From Bacteroidota bacterium (GTDB lineage: Bacteria > Bacteroidota > Bacteroidia > Bacteroidales > FEN-979): a DNA stretch of 64,000 nt. The notes below the pieces were generated by a model. The model did no database searches. It was not told where the DNA came from and worked only from the letters and a program-made list of their open reading frames with translations. Made by a program: the position numbers and the translations under genes. The stretch is from NCBI GenBank assembly GCA_026391795.1, contig JAPLDI010000033.1, positions 1,598 to 65,597 of the forward strand. Direction: 5' to 3'. Below are positions 27,527-36,288 of the stretch, one piece after another; position 1 is the stretch's first letter; each line of letters starts with the position of its first letter.

Positions 27527-28711
27527 ATGAAAAAAGTTTTCTTATTCCTTGTTCCGGTCCTTTTTTTTCTGAATGAAGGCAAAGCCCAATGGAATATTCT
27601 GAATTCAGGGACTCCAAACAATCTTTATGCAGTTTGTTTGACAACCACAACCACAGCCTATGCCGTCGGGGGAAGCGGTACCGGAGGCTCAGTAACAAAA
27701 ACCATTGACGGTGGCTCAACATGGTCAACCATAACCACCGGTTCACTCGATTGCTATGGTGTATCCTTCCCCGACCTGAATATCGGATATGTTGTTGGAT
27801 TCGGAGGCACCATCCTGAAGACTATCAATGCCGGCGACACCTGGACACCCCTGGTTTCGGGTGTTTACAGCAATTTATGGGCGGTTTCCTTTCCTGAAGT
27901 CAATACGGGTTATGCGGTAGGTGACGGAGGCACCATTATCCAGACCACCGACGGGGTTACCTGGCACACCCAGGTGTCCAATACATCCTGGTCACTGAGT
28001 TCCGTATATTTCCCCAATATCCTGATGGGATATGCAGTAGGCGCGAATGGTACAATTGTGAGGACAACCAACAGCGGTGCCACCTGGTCAGACGTTTATA
28101 CCGGGACAACCGGAAAGCTGAATTTCGTTTCTTTCCCCGACTGGAATAACGGATATGTGGTCGGGAACAGCGGACTGTTCCTGAAGTCCACCAATGCCGG
28201 TGTTACTTGGTCGGTGCAGACCATTTCGGCATACGATCTTTATTCCGTGTATTTCACTGATGTCAATATCGGTTATGTGGTTACACGGGGTGGGCATATC
28301 CTTAAAACGATTGATGCCGGGGCCAGCTGGACACCCCAGCCATCCGGAACGGGAAACGACCTTAATTTTATCGTATTCGAGAATGCCGGCCTTGGTTTTA
28401 CCGTAGGTGACAATGGCACTATACTCAACACAACAAACGGGGGAAATGTATCCGTTGATGAGGTGCAACCAGGCACTTCCGGCTTGCATATTTACCCGTC
28501 ACCGGCTACTTCGGCGGTCACATTGGAAACAGGTCAGGTAAAAGGGGTAAAGATGCTGACGGTTTTTTCTTCTTCAGGAAAAGAAATTCTTGCAAAGGAG
28601 ATGAAAGCAGACCTTGAACAGCTTGACATCTCCGCCTGGCCCTGCGGTTTTTACCTGGTGAAAGTGGAAACCACCCAGTCTGCCCTTTGGGGCAAGATTG
28701 TAAAGTGGTAA
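27527..28711 (+). CDS. Ycf48/BNR-repeat beta-propeller protein with T9SS C-terminal sorting domain (paralog of 4744-5985)
   Basis: Repeats KTIDGGSTW, KTINAGDTW, RTTNSGATW, KSTNAGVTW, KTIDAGASW. CTD: IYPSPATSAVTLE...GFYLVKV...KIVKW. Confidence 0.75.
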   Translation: MKKVFLFLVPVLFFLNEGKAQWNILNSGTPNNLYAVCLTTTTTAYAVGGSGTGGSVTKTIDGGSTWSTITTGSLDCYGVSFPDLNIGYVVGFGGTILKTINAGDTWTPLVSGVYSNLWAVSFPEVNTGYAVGDGGTIIQTTDGVTWHTQVSNTSWSLSSVYFPNILMGYAVGANGTIVRTTNSGATWSDVYTGTTGKLNFVSFPDWNNGYVVGNSGLFLKSTNAGVTWSVQTISAYDLYSVYFTDVNIGYVVTRGGHILKTIDAGASWTPQPSGTGNDLNFIVFENAGLGFTVGDNGTILNTTNGGNVSVDEVQPGTSGLHIYPSPATSAVTLETGQVKGVKMLTVFSSSGKEILAKEMKADLEQLDISAWPCGFYLVKVETTQSALWGKIVKW

Positions 28712-28883
28712 GGCAGGACCGGTTTGACTAGCTCATCTGAATACCGCTTGACACCAGGCTGGTAAATGTATAACTTTGTCTTACTGATTTTAAGTAAGTC
28801 AGCCATCGTCTATCTTAGAGTTTGAAAGATTGACTCAACAGGGGGCATCTGTTGGGTGGGTTAAACATGTAATACTAAACCGA

Positions 28884-29444
28884 TTGAAAATATTCATCAA
28901 ATATATGGTTACCATCCGGTGCAAGATGGTTGTGAAATCGGCACTGGAGAATATTGGCGTTCCCTATACCTTTGTAGATCTCGGTGAGGCAGTAATAAGT
29001 GACGATGTCACCACCCAACAGATTGACAGCCTTCGGGTAGCTTTGAGAAAGACCGGACTCGAGTTGATGGATGACAAAAAAAGCATCCTGGTTGAGAAAA
29101 TCAAGGCGGTTATCATTGAACTGGTTCATTATAATGATGACCAGCTCAAGATCAACATGTCTGATTACCTGAGCGAAAAGCTCAATCACAATTACACCTA
29201 CCTTGCAAATCTTTTTTCGGAGGTTAAAGGAACAACCATTGAACACTTTTACCTGACCCATAAAATTGAAAAAGTAAAAGAGCTCCTCGTCTATGATGAG
29301 CTCAGCCTTACTGAAATTGCTTACCGGCTTAATTACAGCAGCGTGGCCCATCTTTCAAACCAGTTCAAGAAAATGACCGGGCTGACTCCTTCCCATTTCA
29401 AACACCTGAAACACAAGAGACGCCACACGTTGGAAAACATGTGA
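28884..29444 (+). CDS. Small AraC-family regulator with an HMA-like (ferredoxin-fold) N-terminal domain
   Basis: C-terminal AraC HTH (LTEIAYRLNYSSVAHLSNQFKKMTGLTPSHF). The N-terminus LKIFIKYMVTIRCKMVVK aligns with the paralog at 35678, which also starts at TTG. Alternative starts: 28830 or ATG 28905. Confidence 0.75.
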   Translation: MKIFIKYMVTIRCKMVVKSALENIGVPYTFVDLGEAVISDDVTTQQIDSLRVALRKTGLELMDDKKSILVEKIKAVIIELVHYNDDQLKINMSDYLSEKLNHNYTYLANLFSEVKGTTIEHFYLTHKIEKVKELLVYDELSLTEIAYRLNYSSVAHLSNQFKKMTGLTPSHFKHLKHKRRHTLENM

Positions 29445-29504
29445 ATAATGTAACTAATTCACAAAGTTGTGTAACGGTTCTCCCTCCGAAGTGATAGAAC
29501 TTTG
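29437..29504 (+). promoter_or_regulatory. Composite GTAAC-type promoter (a), upstream of the cupin gene
   Basis: Distal box ACATGTGAATAATGTAAC 29437-29454. Proximal GTAAC 29471-29475 (16-nt spacer). TTTG 29501-29504 (25-nt spacer). Confidence 0.7.
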
Positions 29505-29619
29505 CTATCTGAATTGTAATCCCTCTATTCATAGCAGTCATGAGAAAAACGAGAAAAATCATTTTTCGCTGGGCAGTACGCACATTGATAGGGGTGTTAA
29601 TCTCCAATATGATACGGTC

Positions 29620-29958
29620 ATGGATTCAACCGAAATTGATAAAGCAAAGGCGCTGATAATTGTGGAGATCATCGAGTATGTTCCAAATTCGGTGGTCATT
29701 AAAACAGTTATGAAAAAAACAACGGGTAATGTCTGTGCCAAATCTTTTGATGCAGGTGAAGCCCTGACGGAAAAAATTATCCCTTTTGATACCTTCGTCC
29801 AGATCATCGATGGGAAGGCTGAGATTGTAATTGACGGAACCCCGAATTTCCTGGAAACAGGTCAGTCGATCATTATCCCTGCCCACACGGCAAATATTGT
29901 GAGAGCCAACCAGCGCTTCAAAATGATTTCAACCATCATTAAAAGCGGGTATGAATAA
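29620..29958 (+). CDS. Cupin-domain protein
   Basis: About 112 aa with ...FDTFVQIIDGKAEIVIDG..ETGQSIIIPAHTAN..RA, a cupin beta-barrel pattern. ATG chosen downstream of promoter (a). Confidence 0.6.
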   Translation: MDSTEIDKAKALIIVEIIEYVPNSVVIKTVMKKTTGNVCAKSFDAGEALTEKIIPFDTFVQIIDGKAEIVIDGTPNFLETGQSIIIPAHTANIVRANQRFKMISTIIKSGYE

Positions 29959-29980
29959 ACAGGAGTACCTGACTGGCAGA

Positions 29981-30068
29981 ATGTGGGAATGATGTAACTT
30001 AAATAAATTGTTTTGTAACTCAAACCGCCCTGTTGATTCTCACCTTTGTAGCGTGGAAATTCTTTCAC
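29981..30068 (+). promoter_or_regulatory. Composite GTAAC-type promoter (b), upstream of the coiled-coil lipoprotein
   Basis: ATGTGGGAATGATGTAAC 29981-29998. GTAAC 30015-30019. TTTG 30045-30048. Palindrome GTGGA-N6-TTCAC 30053-30068. Confidence 0.75.
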
Positions 30069-30086
30069 AACTTTAACTTGAGACCA

Positions 30087-30536
30087 ATGAGAAAAACAAT
30101 TTTTTCAATTGCTGCAGCAGCGGTTATCGCAGCAACGATTCTGACAGCCTGCCAATCTTCTGAGAAAAAGGTTGAGGAAGCACAGGCCAATGTTCAGGAA
30201 GCAAATGCCAATGTGGCAAAGGCGAACCAGCAACTTGATCAGGCAATTAAAGATTCCATTCAGCAATTCAGAAAAGAATCGGAAGCAAGAATCATCGAAA
30301 ATGAAAAAAGCATTGCTGAATTCAGAGCCAAAATAGCCAGGGAAAATAAGGAAACAAGGGCAAGAAACGAACAGAGACTGGCTGAATTGGAGCAGCACAA
30401 CAGGGATTTGAGAAAGCAGCTGGAAGAATTCAGGGAAGACAGTAAAGACAACTGGGTTGCCTTCAGGGTTAAATTCAAAAACGACATGGACAACCTGGGA
30501 CACGCGTTTAAAAACTTCTGGGTGAAAGGTAAATAA
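30087..30536 (+). CDS. Coiled-coil lipoprotein (LEA/apolipoprotein-like, K/E/Q-rich)
   Basis: MRKTIFSIAAAAVIAATILTAC lipobox, then a low-complexity helical E/K/Q/A-rich sequence. Confidence 0.6.
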   Translation: MRKTIFSIAAAAVIAATILTACQSSEKKVEEAQANVQEANANVAKANQQLDQAIKDSIQQFRKESEARIIENEKSIAEFRAKIARENKETRARNEQRLAELEQHNRDLRKQLEEFREDSKDNWVAFRVKFKNDMDNLGHAFKNFWVKGK

Positions 30537-30629
30537 TAAATAGTATCATCTCCGGAAGGATTTATTCAGAATTATCTCCCCGGAATAATAAAATTCATCA
30601 GTCAAACCTAATCTTAAAAACAATAAATC

Positions 30630-30785
30630 ATGGGCTACCTACTTTATATTTTAGCAGTTATCCTGATCATCGGATGGGCAATCGGATTTATCGGATACGG
30701 TGCCGGAGGCATCATCCATGTACTCCTGGTTATTGCAATCATCGCAATATTATTCAGGGTGATTCAGGGGAGACGGGCCGTTTAA
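30630..30785 (+). CDS. lmo0937-like small membrane protein (51 aa)
   Basis: MGYLLYILAVILIIGWAIGFIGYGAGGIIHVLLVIAIIAILFRVIQGRRAV: two TM helices and a basic tail. Not in the ORF track (below its length cutoff). Read directly from the sequence. Confidence 0.6.
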   Translation: MGYLLYILAVILIIGWAIGFIGYGAGGIIHVLLVIAIIAILFRVIQGRRAV

Positions 30786-30846
30786 GGCCTGTAAAGCCGG
30801 GAGCGTTATTGACTCTCTCCCGACGAAAGGTTCACCGCAAAGTAGT

Positions 30847-30894
30847 CAGGACACGAATTACGTACAGATTAACATGGGAAGCATTCGTGTCCTG
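30847..30894 (+). terminator. 12-bp stem-loop in the 250-nt non-coding gap after the small membrane protein gene
   Basis: CAGGACACGAAT (30847-30858) / ATTCGTGTCCTG (30883-30894), 24-nt loop, followed by GCTTCTT. Confidence 0.35.
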
Positions 30895-31034
30895 GCTTCT
30901 TAGCGCGCTTATCCATCAAGATACCACCTGGCTTTTATTTGTTCGAACTTAATTTCAGGGATCAGCAGAGGGATTCGTAAAGATACAGGCATATATCGTG
31001 ACGGACCATTGTCAGGAAATGAAGATTAGAAGTC

Positions 31035-32144
31035 ATGATAAGTAAAGAAATACAAATTCCGTTTTACGCCAGGGTGACAATTCTGATCTTTGGAATCTCT
31101 GCTTTCATCATGATATTGTATATCGCGCGGGAGATTATTGTTCCCCTTGTCTTTGCGACTCTCCTGGCCATCGTTCTCCACCCGGTCGTTAATTTTTTTA
31201 CCCGGAGAAAAATAAGCAGGGTATTTGCAATCATCATCACTTTATTACTGACCATCCTGGTCATTGTTGCCCTGGGTGCATTCCTGGTGTCACAGGCGAT
31301 CCGGTTCAGTGAAACATGGCCGGTTTTGGTCGACAGGTTTACCGGGATCCTCAATGAGACCATTACCTGGATTTCCGGTTATTTTGATATAAAACCCCAA
31401 AAGATCCATGAATGGATCCTGAATACCAAAAGCGAGCTGATCAGCACCAGCTCTGCTGCGATCGGGCGAACACTTCTTACACTCGGGAACGGACTGGTAA
31501 TCCTGTTTTTAATTCCGGTATACATCTTCATGATCTTGTTTTATCATCCCCTTCTGATTGAGTTCATCCGGAGGCTTTTCAGAGAAGAACATCAAGGTAA
31601 AGTGGGTGAAATGATTTCCAAGACGAAAAGCGTGATCCAGCGTTACCTCGTCGGACTGGCCATAGAAGCTGTTCTTGTGGCAATCATGAATTCGGCCGGA
31701 CTTTTGATACTTGGGATCGACTACGCCATCTTACTGGGTATTCTAGGGGCCTTCCTTAATGTCATTCCCTACATAGGGGGAATTGTGGCTGTGGCGTTGC
31801 CCATGATGATCGCCATTGCAACAAAAGAGTCGGCCTGGTATGCTGTTTATGTCCTGGCTGTCTATTATTTCATTCAGCTCATCGACAATAACTTTATTGT
31901 TCCCAAAATTGTTGCTTCAAAAGTAAAGATCAACGCGCTGTTCTCCATCATCGTTGTCCTTGCCGGAAATGCCTTATGGGGCATCCCCGGCATGTTTCTT
32001 TCCTTGCCCCTTCTGGCCATTGTAAAGCTTATCTGCGACAATATCGAACCGCTAAAACCCTGGGGATTTTTATTGGGCGACACCATGCCATCCCTGTTGA
32101 GTATTGAACCGATCCTTAAGAAAGTAAAAAAGAAAGTGACATGA
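31035..32144 (+). CDS. AI-2E family transporter (PerM/UPF0118)
   Basis: About 8 TM helices. GILGAFLNVIPYIGGIVAVALPMMIAI and FIVPKIV motifs are typical of the family. Confidence 0.7.
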   Translation: MISKEIQIPFYARVTILIFGISAFIMILYIAREIIVPLVFATLLAIVLHPVVNFFTRRKISRVFAIIITLLLTILVIVALGAFLVSQAIRFSETWPVLVDRFTGILNETITWISGYFDIKPQKIHEWILNTKSELISTSSAAIGRTLLTLGNGLVILFLIPVYIFMILFYHPLLIEFIRRLFREEHQGKVGEMISKTKSVIQRYLVGLAIEAVLVAIMNSAGLLILGIDYAILLGILGAFLNVIPYIGGIVAVALPMMIAIATKESAWYAVYVLAVYYFIQLIDNNFIVPKIVASKVKINALFSIIVVLAGNALWGIPGMFLSLPLLAIVKLICDNIEPLKPWGFLLGDTMPSLLSIEPILKKVKKKVT

Positions 32145-33184
32145 TAGAGGTAAAAAAAGAAGGAATTATTCTCAGTAAGACTGACCTGGAATTTGAAAAT
32201 GAAGGGGTGCTTAATCCTGCCATTTTGCGAGAGGGCGACAACGTTCATGTTTTTTACCGTGCGGTGCGGAACGGGAATCATTCAACCATCGGCTATTGCA
32301 GGCTGGATGGTCCGCTTACTGTGGCGGAACGATGGGACCAGCCTTTCATCGTCCCTGAATTTGAATATGAATCACAGGGGGTGGAAGATGCGAGGATTGT
32401 TAAGATCGATGATCTCTTTTACATGACCTACACGGGGTACGACGGAACCAATGCACGCGGGGCCCTGGCGGTTTCAAATGATCTGAAGAGTTTTAAAAAG
32501 CTGGGAGTCATTGTCCCTCCCATCACGTATGCGCAATTTGTTTTCATGGCTGAATCTGCAGCCAAGGTAAATGAAAACTATTACCATAACCATAAGTTTT
32601 ATTACCAGGAATCCGATCCCGAAAAAAAGATCATGCTGTGGGATAAAAATGTAATCTTCTTTCCCCGCAGGATCAACGGAAACCTGGTGTTTCTGCACAG
32701 GATAAGGCCGGGAATACAGATCGTTTCTGTAAACTCGATCAAAGACCTGACCCCGGATTTCTGGGAAAAGTACTTTCTCAACTTGCAGGACCATATCGTC
32801 ATGGATCCCTTGCATGCGCATGAAGCAAACTACATCGGAAGCGGATGCCCTCCGATCGAGACAGAACATGGCTGGGTGTTGATCTATCATGGTGTGAGGG
32901 ATTCAAAAAAAGGGCTTATTTATTCAGCATGCGCTGCCCTTCTGGACCTTGAGGACCCCTCAAAGGAACTGGCACGGCTTCCTTACGCATTGTTTTCGCC
33001 GGAATATGATTGGGAAATAAGGGGAGAGGTGAACAATGTTGTTTTTCCGACCGGAACTGCCCTGTTCGGAAACACGCTCTTCATTTATTACGGAGCGGCG
33101 GATAGTCACATCGCCTGTGCCTCCGTCTCTTTTCAGACGTTAGTGGCAGAATTGCTTACCTATACAAAAAGTGATGCAAAATAG
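32141..33184 (+). CDS. GH130-like glycosidase/phosphorylase (PH1107-related)
   Basis: GVLNPA..REGD..HVFYRAV, GVEDARIVKIDDLFYMTYTGYDG, IYYGAAD: five-bladed propeller GH130-like pattern. 4-nt overlap with the upstream gene. Confidence 0.55.
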   Translation: MIEVKKEGIILSKTDLEFENEGVLNPAILREGDNVHVFYRAVRNGNHSTIGYCRLDGPLTVAERWDQPFIVPEFEYESQGVEDARIVKIDDLFYMTYTGYDGTNARGALAVSNDLKSFKKLGVIVPPITYAQFVFMAESAAKVNENYYHNHKFYYQESDPEKKIMLWDKNVIFFPRRINGNLVFLHRIRPGIQIVSVNSIKDLTPDFWEKYFLNLQDHIVMDPLHAHEANYIGSGCPPIETEHGWVLIYHGVRDSKKGLIYSACAALLDLEDPSKELARLPYALFSPEYDWEIRGEVNNVVFPTGTALFGNTLFIYYGAADSHIACASVSFQTLVAELLTYTKSDAK

Positions 33185-35516
33185 AATAGTTTCAACCCGG
33201 AATGATGAGAAAATCATTCTCTTTATTTCTTCCTATCCGCCGAGGGAATGCGGCATTGCGACCTATTCGCAGGATCTGATCAGGGCACTGAATAATAAAT
33301 TCAGCAGTTCCTTGACACTCCAGGTCTGTGCCCTTGAATCCAATGGTATAACCTATGATTATCCCGAAGAGGTAAGGTATACCCTGAAAACATCGATAGC
33401 CGGGGATTATGAGAAACTGGCGGAAAAGATAAACCAGGACAGGAACATTCAGATCGTTCTTATCCAGCATGAGTTTGGTTTCTTTCATAAGCAGGAGGAA
33501 GCCTTTCAGCAATTCCTGAACCTGCTTTCAAAGCCGGTTGTCATCGTCTTTCACACGGTACTGCCTCATCCTGATGAAAAATTAAAATCAAAAATTACTG
33601 CTATTGCGGCCTCCTGCGAATCGATCATCGTAATGACCCACAACTCGGCCGGGATCCTGACAACCGATTATGGGCTGCCCGGGAAAAAAATAACCATGAT
33701 CGCTCACGGAACTCACCTGGTTCCCCATCTGGGTAAGAAATTCCTGAAACAAAAGTATGGACTGAACGGAAAGAAAGTGCTTTCAACTTTCGGACTTCTC
33801 AGCTCCGGGAAGAGCATAGAGACCACCATTGATGCATTGCCTGCAATTGTCAGCAAGAACCCGGAGACCGTCTTTCTTATCCTGGGTAAAACGCATCCTG
33901 AAGTTGTGAAGTCGGAAGGAGAGCAATACAGGGAAATGCTGGAGCAAAAAGTAAGACAGTATGCACTTCAGGACCATGTACGATTTGTTAACGAGTATCT
34001 TGCCCTGCCCGATCTGCTTGAATACCTGCAGCTCACCGATATTTATCTGTTTACTTCCAGCGATCCGAACCAGGCAGTAAGCGGCACTTTTGTCTATGCA
34101 ATGAGCTGCGCCTGCCCGATCATCTCCACCCCGATTCCACATGCACGGGAACTGTTAACGGATGAGACAGGGATGATTATCGATTTCAGGAATTCCCAGC
34201 AGCTTGCAGCTGGCGTGATCCGATGGCTTAATGATGAACCGTTGCGAAGGAATATCAGCATAAATACCCTGCAAAAGATAGTTTCTTCAGCCTGGGAAAA
34301 CGCTGCCGTTGCGCATGCCATGCTGTTTGAATCAATTGCCGGCGATAATATTGCATTAACCTATAACCCGCCGGCTATCAACCTGGATCACATGAAACAT
34401 ATGACAACGGATGCCGGGATCATCCAGTTCTCAAAAATCAATCAGCCTGATATCTGTTCCGGGTACACGCTTGACGATAATGCCCGCGCACTGGTAGCAA
34501 TGTGCATGAATTATAAACTGACCGGGGATGAAGAAAACCTGGATTATATCCGTAGATATCTTGATTTCATCAGGCGTTGCCTCCAGCCTGACGGAACCTT
34601 TATTAATTATATAAATAAGGACAACGAGATTACTGCCCAGAATCAGACGGTGAACCTGGATGATGCCAACGGAAGGGCTGTATGGGCATTAGGGTACCTC
34701 GTATCCTTGTCCGTTGTTTTACCCGCTGAGATTGTCTCGGATGCGAAGACACTTCTTGACCAGTCCCTCCGCAGCATGAACCTCGTGCATTCCACACGGG
34801 CGATGGCATTTGCGATTAAAGGTCTCTATTACTACCAGAGCGTTGTAAGGTCGGATGAAGATTTCGCCCTTTTTGAAACCTTTGCAAACCGGCTGGTTCA
34901 GATGTACCGGCATGAATCGAACGAAACGTGGGCATGGTTTGAAGGTTATCTGACCTATGCCAACAGCATTCTGCCGGAGGCCATGCTGTACGCCTGGATG
35001 ATGACCGGAAACAAGGTTTATAAAGACATTGCTATATCCTCGCTGAATTTCCTGCTGTCGCAAACTTTTAACGAGAACGGCATCGAAGTGATTTCGAACA
35101 AAAACTGGCTTCAGAAGGGGGCAGTGCCAGGGCATTCCGGAGAACAACCCATCGATGTTGCCTATACGATCATGACATTGAGTAAGTTTTATGAAGTTTT
35201 TATGGATGAAGGCTATCGCGAAAAGATGGAAACCGCGTTTAACTGGTTTATGGGAAACAACCGCCTGCATCACATTATCTACAACCCCTGTACCGGCGGA
35301 TGTTATGACGGTCTGGAGGAGACCCATGTAAACCTCAACCAGGGGGCGGAGTCTACAGTCAGCTACCTGATGGCACGATTAACAATGGAAAAATACCTGG
35401 ACAGAGGCAACCCGGTAAGGACTCACTACAGAAAACGTGTCGCACTAACTGCGTTGCAAAGAAAACCGGTTTTTGCATCCGGAGAGAAACTCCTGACAGA
35501 CAGCCTGCTCTCATGA
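33171..35516 (+). CDS. GT4-type glycosyltransferase fused to a C-terminal alpha/alpha-barrel-like domain
   Basis: N-terminal GT-B pattern (ILFISSYPPRECGIATYSQDL...). The C-terminal ~380 aa are helical-repeat-like. Overlaps the GH130-like gene. Confidence 0.6.
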   Translation: MMQNRIVSTRNDEKIILFISSYPPRECGIATYSQDLIRALNNKFSSSLTLQVCALESNGITYDYPEEVRYTLKTSIAGDYEKLAEKINQDRNIQIVLIQHEFGFFHKQEEAFQQFLNLLSKPVVIVFHTVLPHPDEKLKSKITAIAASCESIIVMTHNSAGILTTDYGLPGKKITMIAHGTHLVPHLGKKFLKQKYGLNGKKVLSTFGLLSSGKSIETTIDALPAIVSKNPETVFLILGKTHPEVVKSEGEQYREMLEQKVRQYALQDHVRFVNEYLALPDLLEYLQLTDIYLFTSSDPNQAVSGTFVYAMSCACPIISTPIPHARELLTDETGMIIDFRNSQQLAAGVIRWLNDEPLRRNISINTLQKIVSSAWENAAVAHAMLFESIAGDNIALTYNPPAINLDHMKHMTTDAGIIQFSKINQPDICSGYTLDDNARALVAMCMNYKLTGDEENLDYIRRYLDFIRRCLQPDGTFINYINKDNEITAQNQTVNLDDANGRAVWALGYLVSLSVVLPAEIVSDAKTLLDQSLRSMNLVHSTRAMAFAIKGLYYYQSVVRSDEDFALFETFANRLVQMYRHESNETWAWFEGYLTYANSILPEAMLYAWMMTGNKVYKDIAISSLNFLLSQTFNENGIEVISNKNWLQKGAVPGHSGEQPIDVAYTIMTLSKFYEVFMDEGYREKMETAFNWFMGNNRLHHIIYNPCTGGCYDGLEETHVNLNQGAESTVSYLMARLTMEKYLDRGNPVRTHYRKRVALTALQRKPVFASGEKLLTDSLLS

Positions 35517-35559
35517 ATCTAAAATGCCGGAAAACAGGGGTTGGCACCGAAGCCGGGAA

Positions 35560-35627
35560 ATGTGTGAATTATGTAAGTTATTCGGGAAATTATGTAACGT
35601 TCAAAATCCCAAAGCCTCTCAATTTTG
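35560..35627 (+). promoter_or_regulatory. Composite GTAAC-type promoter (c), upstream of the AraC-HK-RR-PAS operon
   Basis: ATGTGTGAATTATGTAAG 35560-35577. GTAAC 35594-35598. TTTG 35624-35627. Same 16/25-nt spacers. Confidence 0.7.
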
Positions 35628-35677
35628 CAACATGAATTGACTGCCATTCAAAGGTGGCCTGATAAAGAAGTGACTGT

Positions 35678-36277
35678 TTGAAGCTATACATCAAATACAT
35701 GGTAAGTAACCGCTGTAAAATGGCGGTAAAAGAAGAGCTTAAAAAGCTTGGATTGCATTTCATCATTGTCGATCTGGGTGAGGTTGAGATCATGGAAAAT
35801 ATTTCCGCAGGGCAGCGGGAAAGCTTGTCAGTTGCACTGCACAGTTCAGGACTTGAACTGATGGACGACAAGCGGGCGATCCTGATTGAAAGAATAAAAA
35901 ATGCGGTTATTGAGATGGTTCATCATACGGACGACCTGATCAAGGTGAATTTTTCCGATTTTTTAAGTGAGAAACTAAAATATGATTATACATACCTGGC
36001 TAACTTATTCTCAGAAGTGCAGGGAACGACCATCGAGCATTTCATCATATCCCATAAAATTGAACGGATTAAGGAATTGATCATTTACGATGAATTGAAC
36101 ATAACCGAAATAGCCTGGAAATTAAATTACAGCAGTGTGGCACATTTATCCAATCAGTTTAAAAAGGTAACAGGGCTTTCACCGTCGCATTTTAAACAGT
36201 TGAAAAACAAGAGGAGAAGCCCGATTGAAGAAGTCGGGAATTCTGATCATGGAGATCACGCAATCTCATCAAATTAA
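35678..36277 (+). CDS. Small AraC-family regulator with an HMA-like N-terminal domain (paralog of 28884-29444)
   Basis: TTG start. MKLYIKYMVSNRCKMAVKEELKKLG... then AraC HTH ITEIAWKLNYSSVAHLSNQFKKVTGLSPSHF. Preceded by composite promoter (c). Confidence 0.8.
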   Translation: MKLYIKYMVSNRCKMAVKEELKKLGLHFIIVDLGEVEIMENISAGQRESLSVALHSSGLELMDDKRAILIERIKNAVIEMVHHTDDLIKVNFSDFLSEKLKYDYTYLANLFSEVQGTTIEHFIISHKIERIKELIIYDELNITEIAWKLNYSSVAHLSNQFKKVTGLSPSHFKQLKNKRRSPIEEVGNSDHGDHAISSN

Positions 36278-36288
36278 GAATTCAGAAC

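Noticed and set aside
28770-28824. Motif-like sequence (ATAAC ... GTAAG ... TTTG) upstream of the first AraC paralog.
   Set aside because: The spacers are 19 and 22 nt rather than the invariant 16 and 25 nt, and the distal TGTGnGAAT part is missing. It is not counted as a 13th site.
29540-29656. 38-aa ORF (MRKTRKIIFRWAVRTLIGVLISNMIRSWIQPKLIKQRR) in the long leader between promoter (a) and the cupin start.
   Set aside because: It overlaps the cupin start in another frame and I cannot assess conservation. It may be a leader peptide, but the evidence is insufficient.
30053-30068. Reading the start-site palindromes as CRP/FNR-type TGTGA-N6-TCACA sites.
   Set aside because: The conserved GTG and CAC triplets are 10 nt apart here versus 8 nt in CRP/FNR sites, so the geometry differs. 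I kept it as an unassigned palindrome.
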